64,000 bases of DNA from Anthoceros angustus. Taxonomy: Eukaryota > Plantae > Anthocerotophyta. The stretch's first letter is position 1. The number at the start of each line of letters is the position of its first letter. Positions 1-13,690 of this stretch are shown piece after piece. The translations under genes and the position numbers were made by a program. The notes beneath the pieces were generated by a model. It was not told where the DNA came from. It ran no database searches and saw only the letters and a list, made by a program, of their open reading frames with translations. Location: positions 71,081 through 135,080 of the forward strand of contig VJWM01000283.1 in the NCBI GenBank assembly GCA_010909165.1. The letters are read 5' to 3'.

Positions 1-100
1 TCGGCGTGGCGGGAGGCTCGTGGCGGCGGCAATGGAGGAAGGGCAGGCGGCCAAGTCGAGGCGCCGAGATAAGCGTGGCGGATAGTGATAGCATCCTAAG

Positions 101-380
101 GATAATTTGGTTAGGATCTTGCACTGGACCTAGGCGCTCCGAATTGTGGGCGTCCTTCGATAGCCATCTTAGGACCTAAAAATCCGGGGCATGGCGCCCG
201 GTATATAAGAGGCGAATTATGCCTCTCCACGGAGATAATTTGGTTAGGATCTTGCTGGACCTAGGCGCTCGAATTGTGGGCGCGTCCCTTCATGATAGCC
301 ATCTTAGGACCTAAAAATCCGGGGCATGGCGCCCGGCCGATGTATAAGAGGGGCGGTGCCTCACGGATAATTCTGGTTGA
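101..380. repeat. ~133-bp imperfect tandem repeat (2 full copies plus the start of a third), each full copy containing a TATA-like TATAAGAGG
   Basis: GATAATTTGGTTAGGATCTT recurs at 101 and 234 (variant at 366); CCTAAAAATCCGGGGCATGGCGCCCGG is present in both full copies. Confidence 0.8.
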
Positions 381-1489
381 GATCCCCACTGTGGCTGGTT
401 GGAGACGTCCACGGAGGCGGGGTGTGCGAGGCAGCTCCTAGGAATGGTCGAGAGCTTGCTCCATGGGAGGAGGAGGCGATGGCGTCTTGGCGACAAGGGA
501 GGGAACCAAGGGATTGGCGCGGGTGCAGGCTTGCTCGCGCTTTCTGTGGCGACAGGCTCTTCTCCTTCGCCTTTTTCCACTAGTTGTGTTCGAAATTGAG
601 GGTGCGTGTGAGAGTGGATGGATGAAGGGCGGGTCGAGAGAGAGAGAGAGAAGGGTGAGAGCGGATCGGGAAGGAGAGATTAAATCTTGCAGCGATGCGA
701 GGTGCGAGTCGTGAGTGGGAAAGGAAGAGAAGCGTGGAGAGGTCATGGTGGAATTGTGTGTGTAAGAATCCAATGAGTGCAGTGAAGGAAGTGCGCATGG
801 GGGAAAGTGTTCGGAGGAAATAAGGTGGCGCCTTGTGTGTGTGTGTGCATGTGTGTGGATTGAGTGTAGGGAGGCCTAGGAATCCCGTGTCGAGAATCGG
901 GTGGGCATAGTGCAGGGGTAGAATAACATCCGGACTACGGTGGACAACCCGTACCAAAGATCCTGATGGCGAATCGATCGCTAGGGTTTGGTGTGGGACC
1001 CACCTCGGTGGTCATTCCACTACCAGTGGTGGCGGACTACAGCGGTAGTAGAGCGAGGCAGGTCGGGAGTTAGATCCGTGGTAGTTGGACAAGGCGGGAG
1101 GTAGTAGTAGTTGAGTGAGGTGAGAGAAGCGGTGGAGTAAGCCACGGCTTAGGCAAAGGTCGGTAGTGATAGAAGATAGCGTCTCTGGCACAAACCATTC
1201 CCTTGGGAGCGAATCCAGACTACAACGACATTGAGGGTGAATGTGGACCTCACCATGTCTCAGACACGAGTTTACACTCCCACGCCGCCACGCTCGGCCT
1301 GACCCGCCCCCGATGCCTTCATTGCCTCCCCGCTTCCTCTTTCGGCCTCCACCCTTGTCACGGTGGCGTAGCCTCCAATGGGGCCTCACTGGTGGAGGTC
1401 CATGCTTTCAAGCGTCGAGTGTGCTGTATGTGTCTGCACGGGTTAGGCACGCCCTCAATCTCTGCCTCATCCTCTCGTTGTCTTTGGCG

Positions 1490-4256
1490 TCATCGCCATC
1501 ACATGTACCCCTTTGCCGCCTCTTTCTCCTCCCCGACAATTCCTCATGGCTGCCACGCCTTTTGGCCCCCACCCACGGCGCTTTGACCCGGTCCTCTCCT
1601 CGATCCGCCACCCGCTCCTCCCACTCCCACCCCGTTTCGTTCGCAGCCCACGCTGGACCCATGCATGTTCCTTGCTGGTGACGACACAATTGCCTCCCGC
1701 TGTGCTACAGAAATTGCATCCGCCCCTCCAATTCCATCCCTCATGCCGTTCACGGCCTTGGTCACTCCCTCTGACCCCAACTCCGTCCACAATGTGCGCC
1801 CGTCACTAGCGCGATGGCACCTCCCAACACACGCCTTTACTGCCCCTGCCTCTTGACACACCCTCCTGCGCCCTTTACCGGATGCTGCCCTCTTGACACA
1901 CCCCTCCTTTCGTTAACCGGCCTAGCCACTACAGCTGATACCAAGTCCCTCCCCTTCCTACGGCCATGGCCGGAACTTGACGGTGACGGGCACCCCCAAT
2001 TCCGAGTCCGTTACGTGGCCGCTGCCCTCTCCCTACACATCTGCTCACACTCTCTTCATTCACACTATCACCAGGCATGCATGGTCCATCACCATCGGGT
2101 GATCGTGGTGTCGTCGGCACCACGATGTCATTGCTCGTGATAGCCTCCCTCCCTGCACTTGTTTCCCCCCTCTCCACCATCCCACCTTCATGGTTCACCA
2201 AGCCCGCCCCTCCCCTTCCATTCACTGTCAGGATGTCTCTCGCCTGATCTCCCCCAAAGCAATCTACTCCCTCTGTCCTCCTAGTTATCCCCTCACATCC
2301 ACCACCACCTCCTGCCGGCGGTGCTCCCATCTTCCATCCTTCGTCTCGGAACGCCACGGATCTGGATCCATCTCCAATTCCATGTCATTCAACAAAATAG
2401 TCATTTCCCTTGTTCTCCTGGCAATAGCCTGAACCTCGGGGGTGTTTTCATTTATTCCATGTCTTACCAGCTAGGAACTCCGACAGGCAGCCGTCGCGAA
2501 CCGCCCACAGAGGTTGCATGGAGATCGTCCTCTTCAGCCTCCCATATTCTGCCTCCTCTTCGGTTGGGTACCTACCATGCTTACTCTCAAACCGAACCAC
2601 CCATCCAGTAGCCTCCCTTTCCCCAAGGGTTTGGCCCCCACCGTTTTGGCCGCCTCTCTTTGCTGCAAGTTCATACTTGAGGCTCAAACTTCCCGTTCTC
2701 TTGCTCCATCCGCGCCCGAGAGCATCTTCCCACTCTTCCTCGTCCACCATGCTCGGCTTCTTCCCCGCCTCCTCCCTCCCCGGTCCCTTTCCTCTAGTGC
2801 CTTTGCGCCTTCCACAAAGTTGCGTGCGAGTCATCTGCGAAGTGTCGGCTTATGCCGGACTTTACCACCGGTCGGGAAGGCCGACACCGATTTCACTAAC
2901 TGCCTTTTCCTCTCGGGCGTCGCGCCATCATGTTGTCTTCGCCGCCGCCATCACATGTACCCCTTTGCCGCCTCTTTCTCCTCCCCTCGACAATTCCTCA
3001 TGGCTGCCACGCCTTTTGGCCCCCACCACGACCATGGCTTCCGCTATGGACCCGCCTCTCGATCCGCCACCCGCCTCCTCCCACTCCCACCCGTTTGTTT
3101 TGCAGCCCACGCTGGACCCATGCATGTTCCTTGCCGTGACGACAATTGCCTCCTCATGTAATTGCATCCGCCCTCCAATTCCATCCTCATGCCGCTCACG
3201 GTCACTCCTCCGACCCCAACTCCGTCCACAATGTGCGCTCATTACCAGCGGCTGACGGCACCTCCCAACACACGCCCTTTACCACTGCTGCCTCTTGACA
3301 CACCCTCCTTTCGTTAACCGGCCTAGCCACATTGATACCAAGTCCTCCTTCCCCATGGTAACTTGACGAGCACCCCCCCCAATTCCGAGTCCGCCGGCCG
3401 CCTCCCTACACACATCTCACACTCTCATTCACACTATCACCGTGCATGCATGGTCCATCACCATCGGGTGATCGTGGTGTCGCCACCAGTCATTGCTCGT
3501 GATAGCCTCCCTCCCCGCACTTGTTTCCTCTCCACCATCCCACCTTCATGGTTCACAAGCCCGCCTCCTTCCATTCACTGGATGTCTCTCGCCGATCTCC
3601 CCAAAGCATCTACTCCTCCGTCCTCCTAGTTATCCCCTCACATCCACACCACCACCTCGCAGCAGCAGTGAGGCCCCTGCCTTCCATCCTTCGCCCTAAA
3701 CGCCACCGATCCGGATCCATCTCCAATTCCATGTCATTCAACAAAATAGTCATTTCCTTGTTCTCCGGCAATAGCCTCGAACCTGGGTGTGTTTTCATGT
3801 ATTCCATGTCTTACCCAGAGGAACTCCGTAACCGCCCTTATCGCGAACCGCCCAGAGGTTGCATGGAGATCGCCCTTCGCCTCCCATATTCTCCTCCTCT
3901 TGGGTACCTACCATGCTTACTCTCAAACCGAACCACCCATCCGGCGCCTCCCTTTCCCCAAGGGTTTGGCCCCATCCCACCGCTTTTGGCCAGCCCCTCT
4001 TTGCAAGTTCATACTCAAGGCTCAAACTTCCTGCTTCAGCCCATCCGCGCCTGTGCAAGAGCATCTTCCCACTCTTCCTCGCCCACCATGCTCGGCTTCT
4101 TCCCCGCCTCCTCCCTCCCCGGTCCCTTTCCTCTGCCGCTTTGCGCTCCACACAACGAGAATTGCGCGGCAGTCATCTCAGAAGTGTCGGCTTATGCCGG
4201 ACTTTACCACTGGTCGGGAAGGCCGACACCGATTTCACTAACTGCCTTTTCCTCTC
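1490..4256. repeat. ~1.4-kb indel-rich tandem duplication inside unassigned GC-rich, probably TE-derived DNA
   Basis: CATCACATGTACCCCTTTGCCGCCTC at ~1497 and ~2949; copies are colinear through GATTTCACTAACTGCCTTTTCCTCTC (~2910 and ~4255). Confidence 0.85.
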
Positions 4257-5429
4257 TAACGCGCCATCTTGCCATGTACCCAGTTCATTCACAACCTTTG
4301 TCACGTTTCAGATTCTTAGGCCTAGCTTGTTGACCCCGAACAACAGATTCCTTCCCTCCACATCCTTTGTTTTTGCAAGGCCTCTTGACCATTTCACGCC
4401 ATGCCTTTTATCAAGGGTCACCGGCATCGTTGTCCACCTCACAAACCCTCCATCATCCACCGGTGCTGCGCCCTCCGCTTGTCAATTCACCTCCCCCCGG
4501 GTGCCGTCGCCATTCCTCATCCGATTCTTGCGCCGTCGTCCGCCCCACCAGGTTGCCGGCCCCGTCCACGCCTTTGGGTGCCGTCTCGATCGCCACCACC
4601 TCCCGTGTTGCCATGGGCTGCCTCCATATGTCCTCCACGCAGTGCCCGGCATGCCAAGGTGCACATAGCGTCCGCGAAACAAATTGCATGCATGTGTCTA
4701 CGGCGATGAACACGTTACGCTCAATCTAGTCTCGAACCACCACCTCATTTGATAGCAAAACATCATCATCCACTTCGTTGATTCGGACGCGATGCTCCAA
4801 GTCCGCCTCTCGGGCCGGATGTTCCACGTCTCATGTCCTCAAATCGCCATTGGTACCGCTGCCATTTCCTCTCCCCACAACTCTCGATGTCCCTTTGTGG
4901 GATAGGTGGCCTTCTCTTCAGCACGGATCGGAGTGGCTAGGTGCAGGGTGGATGAGCGAGATAGCCCGATCCGAGCTTGCCTCTCATCCTCCCCACCCAC
5001 CTACGGACACGCGGCGACGCCGCCGACAAGCAGTGCTCTAGCGATATATGTCTCCAAACTCCGGTGGTCGGCCGTCCATTGCCCGTTGCCGGGCACCATC
5101 GTCCCATCGAAGGCATTGGCTTGCCCGGTTGCCAAGCCAATGGTGCCCCTGGCGAATTCAAAGCTAAGCCGAAAAGGCTTTGTTGGCAAAGTAAGCCTTC
5201 TATCATTTATTGTTATCACGAAGAATCACAATGCATAATTGCGGTAATCATCGTCTTCCTCGAATCACCGCCACTAAAGACAACATTGTTTTGCAGTGTG
5301 ACGTTGGTTACGGGGTCTTCCACTTGAGCCATCTTACTTTGCTCACTTCTCCGGAAAGTTCTGCCCCCTCCTCGTTCCTAGGCCACACGCCCGCGCTCTC
5401 CCTCGCTCCTCATCCCTCCATCCCCTGGC

Positions 5430-8284
5430 CGGTGTGGGCACGGCGATGGCCCAGCCTATGTTATCATCCATCGTCTCCGGATGCAGCATGCGATTCACTG
5501 CGAGGCCACACAAAGCGGACCATCGATTGAGCGCACCTGTAGGCAAACTTTCCCGTGTTTACAATATCAAATCCGGTGTACTTTCGGGATGGCCTTGTCC
5601 CTCTGCGACACTCGTACCATCGAACCTTCAACAATTGGTTGATACTCTGCGAGAACGCGGAGTATTTGCTCTATGTGCCGTAGAAGCGGGCGCTCCTCTT
5701 CAGTCGCCGCCAGCCCCATCATGATAAACTTTGCGGACACGCACTATCCTTTGTACTCCGGCGGCGTTTATGCGCCTCCAGTACGAGGTGGCCTTTGTTC
5801 CACATGTGACTATGTGACTTTGCTGCAGCAGGCCATCCATGATTGCGGTCACTTCATGGGTCATGCAGATGCCCATCCCATGCGTTCATAGCCCTTCTTC
5901 CGTGGATCCGGTCGAAAGTCCGCCGACCTTCCCTTGCACCGTATGTCCTCACTTCTTCCTCGTACATGTCCGCGTGCATCACCTCCGTGTGATATAGCAC
6001 ATATGTATGCTGCCTCCACGGCATCCATAATGTACGCGGCCGACACCAGCACCTTCTCCCCATCGTTCTGCGGTCCATGCTTCTCCCACGTGGCGTAATA
6101 AGCGGAGAAATGTCATGCCGAAATGCAAACTCTCCTCACGCATGTACCCCACCGCTATCTGGACTCGGGTCTCGCTGTGCCTTCGCTTCCACGGATCCTA
6201 AATATCTCCACGGGTACATCCACCTAGTGTGGGCCCAGGCCCAAAGCCACCTCGTCCACTAAGTGTAGTATGAGGTGGGTTGATATATCAAACATCTTAG
6301 GGGAAATTGCTTTTCCGAGCACATTACCCTCACTTGCCTCTTGTGCTTGGATGTCCCGACTCGGTATCGTCCGGCAAATCCAGTAAGGCGTCCTAGCTTT
6401 ACAACCGCCTTGTACACCTACGGCTCTATGCACCCCGAGCGATGGGGAATATGATTTCCAACATAATGTGCGATCTGTGGCCAACTTTCCGCTTTCTTTC
6501 CACCTTACCTATGTTGGACCCATAGCACCGCGATGCGTTTAATGCCCTCAATCACGGTCTTCAAGTCGATTTGGACAAAGCGTCACGCTTGGTATTGGCC
6601 ATCGTCACCTACAGGCCACAACCATCTTTTCCCTCCGCTTGCTTCCATGTCCATGCGGCAATGTCATCTCGCTCTCCGTCGGCGTGCCATATAGCTCTGC
6701 ATTGTTTTTCCACGTGCATCACATCCTTTGGCGCCCACACAAGCATGTGCGCCAATATGGCGGACTACGAACAAGGGCGACATTCTGGTTCCAAAGTTGC
6801 CCGGACGGACGTCTGCGGTGTCGCGGCTTCTGCGTGCCATATCCGTCACAATATCATCGAGCGTTGGCGGCCTCGGTTTGGATCGGAGGTCCGATCCATC
6901 AAACCAATCCGCATCCTCCACCGTCCCTTTGTCATTGGTGGTAGCCACCAGCGCGATCCGACATAAGCGGGCTTTTCAAATCTACGGAATAGCGAGAATC
7001 AAGGTCCGACCGGCAAGACTGCGCTCGCTTCCCTCTCACTTGCAATCCGGTGAGGTCCCCAACCCGGGTAATCGGCAATGATGCGAGAATGAAATGCCTC
7101 TTAGGATGGTTTATCGGCATTGAAATCTTCCATGTCCACCCCTCCATAACTCTTGAGTTCATCTACCGAGTGCCATGTACATCGAAATTTTAACCATCCC
7201 GGCACACAATCGAGGCATGATGACATGCGCCCTTTGTGCTGCCGGTGGCATGTTGTGCACAAATACCAAAACCGGCCATATGGGCGTGTTTGCGGACACA
7301 ATAAGCAGGTTGAACGTACATGGATAATGCTAACCTCAAGTTCCTCGGCTCATCGCGAAACCATCAAGCGCATCTAGTGCTGCTCTCCATCGAGTATCCG
7401 CCATCATGGACATGTCCCCATTCTCGCTTTGCCTCCCGACATACCAAGTCATCAATCGTGCTATTTCCGCCATTCAAACATGCGTCATCGTTTCAAGGAA
7501 AATGCGGAGGACCTTCGAGGACTCCCGTTCATCAAACCCATCCACGAACGCGTCCCACACTTTGGGCAATGGTTGCGGTCCGTACCCCACAAGCAGGCAG
7601 ATCTTTCTCACAAGCATGGATTTTCTCATATCGGGGCCAAATAGGTGCAATGACTTGGCCTCGTGCATATGTCCTTGCTCGTTCGCGGCAAAAATCCACA
7701 CTTAAGAGCTTTAAGAGGCTGTCACGGCGTCCGATGTCAAACATGGTTTGCCAAGACAACAATTGTGTGGCGCTTAGCTGCTCTCTTCGCTTTCACACCC
7801 TGTGGTATAAAGGCGTCTAGCGGCGACAAGCGGATTACTGCGGTTCCTCCGTGCCAAGTGCATGATCGATTGCTTCCGCAAGTCGTCCCGGTGCATATGG
7901 GTTCATCTTCATCCGTTCCCTCGTCCATGCTCTCCACATCGGAGCTGCCACTTTGGTCGGTCCCATTGCCATCTTGCATCATACGCTCATTTCCTCCTCG
8001 TTTCATCGTCCGCGGTGGAGGAAGGCCTCCGCCATCGTCGTGTCCAAACTTGGCTCCACGATGCGCGATAAACCTCGATTAATGCAAATTAGAGAGCAAT
8101 GGGCATGCGGGCACATAACATAGCTTACGCCGCCCGGGAAGCTGCGCATAAGCAGTGCGATCTTGAGATGTCTGGAATCCACAGGTCGCCACACACAGCG
8201 GCATGGACAATACATGTAAACCTCATTTGCAAATCGGGGCATCTTGCATGCGTGGTCCCGACCGGTGTGCGACACAAGCGGCAA
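5430..8284 (-). pseudogene. CACTA/En-Spm TNP2-like transposase relic (transposase-associated domain, Transposase_21, DUF4218, DUF4216), frameshifted
   Basis: Motifs in the expected order across frames: YCPCRC (~8200), YEKIHAC (~7620), RDEPRNLRLALS (~7340), IADYPGLG..LTGLQVRG (~7070), PKMFDISTHLILHLVDEV..GP-HTRWMYP..YLG (6200-6305), RFYG.IEQI and GFDIVN (5540-5690). No CACTA termini located. Confidence 0.85.
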
Positions 8285-9699
8285 TCGCGGCGCACGGGCA
8301 ACCTATGAATGCCGCGCAGACTACCGTTAATTCATGTCCAATTCACAAGACCTCATGAAAGCCGCTTGTAGGTGCGAGCATCATCGGCCGGACGTCACCT
8401 CCAACTCGAGAACCAATCCTTCAAGATTAGAGCACCTCAGACGATGAGTCGTCCGTCGATGCATCGGAGGCAAGTGAATACGGTTGTGGATTCACGCCAT
8501 GTTCATCCCGGTGAGCGGCCGGATGGGATGAATCATTGATGTCACAGGCCTAAATAAACACTCCGACGCGCCCGTCGGATGGTGAGTGTGGCGGCTATTG
8601 AAAGGGAGGACATGAGCGCCGGCTAGCGGGCGGAAGCGACTCTTGTCACATAGTATGCGTCATTGCACTTGCAAACATGTGTTGGGCTAAAAACGGATGA
8701 CCCACCTCCTTCACAATTTTACATTGGCAAAGCGGAAGCGGTTGCATTGAAGAGAAGATGATCAAGGCGCGCCCATCCTTGCTGCCACCTCCTTGATTTG
8801 CACCGTCCATAGCGAGGATAGTGTTGAGCTCATGCTCTCAAAGTCTCTATACAACTCCCATGTTGCGTTGCGCCATTGCGGTGAAAGGCGGTGCACCCGG
8901 TGGCACTGACGTGTTCCATCGTCTCTTACGCCGCATCCCAGTCCATTCTTGTAGTGTGTAGCTTCATCCATAGTGGCGGCGGATGTGAAGCCCCACAGCG
9001 GTTTGTTCTATCCGAAACAATCGACTCAAATTCGCAGCAATCCTCCTTGGATTGTGGCCTGTCCAAAAAATGTAGCTCCGGAATGCGACTTGCCTCTTCT
9101 TCCCAGCCAGTGAAATTGCGAGTTCGCGTCAGGCGTGGGCGAGGGCGACGCCGTCCCATGATTCCTCCCCGCTTCCTCTTCAGATAACAAAGTTCTGCGC
9201 AATATCGGATTAGTTGAAATGGGCCTTTGGGCAAAGCGATAAACTTTCCCATCATCATATCCAAAAAAAGCATGTCCCGAAAACCATATACGTTATTGCG
9301 GGTTTTGAAGAAATTTGGCATCCACTTTTCGACAGGACCGAAAAGAACGTGGCCAAAAAATTATTGTCTTTGAATTCATTCCTCCAAAACTTGAGAAAAA
9401 GTGTAGGGGACGGGCTGGTGGATGCGTTTGAACATTTGTCTGAGGTCTTATCATGTGTTGTCCTAAAAATAAGGTCCATCGAATAGAGACACGGTTTTGG
9501 CGATTTGGAACATAATCGCAAATTACTGTTGTAATCATTTTGTGTGATACTACGCACTTGGTTAAGCCGTTATGTCCATGGGGAACACACAACCTATCCA
9601 CTCCGGAGAAGTGGCGGTCAGGCGCCACCTTCCCATCCGGCACTAGTAGGAGTCCATGGTCAGAAAACTAATAACTAATCGAACTCCATGAACCATGTT

Positions 9700-12400
9700 C
9701 ATCAAGTGTTTCAATGTCCTCGCCGGATGCAACATCTTACGCCATCATCCATGACGTCCCTTCCTTCCATATGTTCCGGAGCTTCCTCACAGGCGCCAAA
9801 GCGTACATGTTTTAGTATTATGGTTCTCCTTGCATTTAGTTGCTTGTTAGAAAACCCGTATGCCAAGATGAATGCGAAAGAAGCAATTTGTCGACGTGTT
9901 TCCAACCTCATGCTCGTCGTTGAGAGCGACCCCCACGGCGCAGCGTTGGTGGGCGTCGGGTAAAATCATCTCCTCTAGGTACCGCCTTCAAATGCGTCGG
10001 TGCATTTAGTCACCCACCAATGGACTTTAATGAATGGGCGTCACATTGGAAGTCCACCTGAGAACTTTTGCGAGATGGTCGATTGTCGACATCATCTCAC
10101 AAGGCACCGCAATCATGTGACTGTTTGTATCTCCAACACATCGCCGTTCAAGCTTTCTTGTTCCCGCCACATCATCCCCAGACGCCCAACATACATGTCC
10201 CGGGCACCGCGACGATTGGATCTGTAAAATCTCGACCTACGGTACAACCAGCAGGCGATGCAACTCTTCATTATGTGTTCTATCGTACCATTGCCAAGGG
10301 TCTTCAATTCCTCGGCATGCTCACATGCTATCTTGTCCACGATGGTGATTGCTCACCAATTCCTCCCACCAAATATCCTCACTGCGCCCAAATGGGTCTG
10401 AGTTTTCCTCTAGTTTCCCACGCATTCTTTGCAAGACTTCTTTCGGATCTCTCCCCTGCAACCGCTTTTTACTTGGACCTCCAAATGAACCAAAGCAGCT
10501 TGAATAGGAGTAGATGGGACATTATTCAAAACTCCAAACCCTCGTCCGGTGACCCGGTATTCATCGATGGAATATTGTTTGCCCCTCATCACATAACAAG
10601 TCGCGCTCACCTCGCGTTCTCGGGTTATTTTGACGATCTTTGAAAAGATATATTGTGCAATGTTCCGACAACTTTGTTTATAGCCGCCTTACCATAAGGT
10701 ATTGGCCACACAAACTTTCGGAAGTCTGGAACTTCTTTCACCTCCATAATTTTTGGTTTGGGCGTATATGCATTCTCCAAAATACCGGTCAGTTTGGGCA
10801 GCGTAAAAGCTTCCTTCCGTGCAAGCACTGTTGAAAACCTCGAAAACATCTGGTCAACCTGGTCATGAGTGTGCCCAACCAGGAGGAATCCTACTTTTAC
10901 CTTCTGAAAAACCTTAAGCTCTACCAACATATTCAGGTAAGCGAATAGCAGTGCATTCTTATTCTCCCGTGCAGTATTGTCGAGTTGAAGATAGAGAACC
11001 TTTGGTAGTAGTCCCTCGTAATTTGAAATGACATGCTGGATATTGGCTATAGTCAGGTTTGCATCGTTATGGATGTTCCCGTATGCCATGAATAGTTCCG
11101 CCGACATGGTGTAGTTATAAATCATGCACCCCACAACATGGACGTCGATCAAACCTACATCGACAGTCCTTGGGTAAACGCGTGAAATGTGGAAGGCTGT
11201 CTTGGTCCATCCGTCGATGGATATCCCGATATACTTTGCCGGTCTCCATAACATTTCACGCGGTGCTTGATGCATTTTCTCTCTCGGACTTGATGGCATG
11301 CGCCTCGGATCGACTTCAAATGCTTCGCAAAATAATCACCCAAACAACGTTGAGGAATAAGCGCCGCTCGGAAAGCCACATAAGAGTGTGGTGACGGCGC
11401 ACAAACTACTCCGGTCGGGCGTATTTATGCGCCGGGCCGTGACTATTCGTGGCGCCGGTGCCAACACGTGCCGGTGACCGGCGCACCATCCCCTCGCATT
11501 GCCAAAACACAATTTCACATCAAGCCTCACCTTGTTTTTCTCTGTTTTTCTCGCTCTTTATATTTCGCTTTGAGGTAATCGCAGTTGTGCACAAGGCAAA
11601 CCGATTGCTCTTGAATTTTCACCTTGTGGAAGTCGTAGCCCAAAGTGACAAAAGTAGGAATGAGAAACATCTGTCTTTGGTAGCTGCATATGTTGCTTGT
11701 ATTCTTGAAACACCTCGCCTTTTGAGTAAGAGTCGAAGGTGATACACTTCAATGTTTGGCATTCTCTCTCAATAAGCATAAGCAGTTGGTTCATCCACGC
11801 CGTTGCATCTTGATTGATGCGCCTTCGTATCATGAAGGGACCACAATGTTCCGAGCTCTCGCTTCTTTCACGCTAGACCCGATACAATAAAGCGTCAAGG
11901 CCTCTCTACAACAATACACTTTTCCTCGTCCGACAAAAGTAGGAATGAGAAACATCAGATCACGAGCTACGCATATGTTGCTTGTATTCTTGAAACACCT
12001 CGCCTTTTGAGTAAGAGTCGGAAGGTGATACACTTCAATGTTTGGCATTCTCTCGGCAATAAGCATAAACAGTTGGTTCATCCACGCCGAGTGCAGATGT
12101 CGATTCGGTCGCCAGGCGGTAAGGCAGACCACGCAATGTTCCGATCGCTCGCTGCTTCTGCACTGGCTAGACCCGATACAATAAATGCGTCTGAAGGCCT
12201 CTCTACAACAATACACTTTTCCTCGTCCGACAAGAAACGAGTCTACCCTAACCCTTCCATCGCTCCCATAATCGACATCAAAAAGGGATTGTAGGTGCAT
12301 CTCCTGCTCCTGCCTGCACATTCTAAGGAACCGATACCTCAAATCTCGAAAGGTTGCCTTCCCTATTGTCCTCAAGCATTGTCTACCACAACAGGTTTTG
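9700..12400 (-). mobile_element. DUF7869-type (Sola-like DDD) DNA transposase, copy 1; frameshifted, with a probable intron
   Basis: ORF 10625-11299: ISIDG..., LYLQLDNTARENKN..., FLLVGHTHDQVDQMFSRFS. Upstream fragments CCREAFRRIYCIG and WMNQLF...MPNIEVYHLP, plus a Cys motif, match the N-terminal region of this family. Sola assignment is inference. Confidence 0.8.
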
Positions 12401-13690
12401 CGAAAATCACGGGTATCTGAACCTCTTCACATTTCATCTCGGGCACTTTAGATTGCCTTTACGGCGTCGTGGTGATGCCATGCTCGATAAATGATTCGGA
12501 CCGGGCTTCAAATTATATACGCCTTTGTGGAGGTGGATGTTCAAATGCACATCGAGTCCTCTTCCTCCACACAGTTCCACCGACGTCGGGGGCCTGCAGT
12601 GGAAGCAGTATCTTCTAGATACAACCGGTGCAAACCGAGTTGGCATTCACCCCAGCAGGCGGCCATATCCGAATTGGCGTGTCGTCCGTGGAGCACTTCC
12701 GGAGGAGTAGTCTTGCGGATGGCGGGATGTACGGCGAGGCTCTCGGAGAAGGACTTCCGTGAATGGAATCCAATCGAAATGGGCGGTGTCTTTGGAATGG
12801 ATGCGCTTATCGCGGAAGTGGTGGAGGCCGTGCACTGCGATCTGATAACACACATCCGGAATCATGTTAACAAGAGACTTTGGAATGCAATCGATTTCTG
12901 GCACGAGTTTGCACGACGTACCTTCATCCAGTTCTCCCTCTTCATCTTGAACACCTTGACCGATTGGCATTTCAGTGAACGCGTTGATGCCTCGACCGTA
13001 GTTCAAATGATACACATCTCGAAAGGTTGCCTTCCCTATTGTCCTCAAGCATTGTCTACCACAACAGTTTTGCGAAAATCACGGGTAATACGAACCTCTT
13101 CACATTTCATCTCGTGCACTTTAGATTGCCACTATGCCTACGTGGTGGTCTCGCCATGCTCGATAAATGATTCGGACCCGGCTTCAAATTATATGTACGC
13201 CTTTGGAGGTGGATGTTCAAATGCACCGCTATCCGAGTCCTCTTCCTCCACAACAGTTCCACCGAACGCGTGGGCCACGCAGTGGAAACAGTATCTTCTA
13301 GATACAACCGTGCAAACCGAGTTGGCATTCACCCCAAGCGGCCATATCCGATTCGTGTCGTCCGTGGAGCACTTCCGGAGGAGTAGTCTTGCGGATGGCG
13401 GGATGTACGAGGCTGTCGGAGAAGGACTTCCGTGAATGGAATCCAACATACGAAATGGGCGGTGTGTCTTTGGAATGGATGCGATCGCGCGGAAGTGGTG
13501 GAGGCCGTGCACTGCAGACGAATAACACACATCCGGAATCATGTTCAAGAGCCTTTTGAATGCAATCGATTTCCGACGAGTTTGCACGACGTACCTTCAT
13601 CTAGTTCTCCTCTTCATCTTGAACACCTTGACCGATAGGCATTTCAAGGAACCGCCGCTGATGCACCGTAGTTCAAATGATACACATCTC
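11640..13690. repeat. Two local tandem duplications in the transposase 5' region (~290 bp at 11650/11936; ~670 bp at 12345/13015)
   Basis: AAAGTAGGAATGAGAAACATC occurs twice; CTCGAAAGGTTGCCTTCCCTATTGTCCTCAAGC occurs twice. Confidence 0.8.

Noticed and set aside
311-5000. Numerous overlapping ORFs in GC-rich DNA
   Set aside because: Low-complexity, not conserved in frame between the duplicated copies, and no motifs recognised
8300-8760. Left terminal inverted repeat of the Sola-like element or CACTA terminus
   Set aside because: No matching inverted sequence or CACTA/G end could be found by eye
12491-13435. 314-aa plus-strand ORF
   Set aside because: Internally repeated through the tandem duplication and antisense to the transposase region; no recognisable domain
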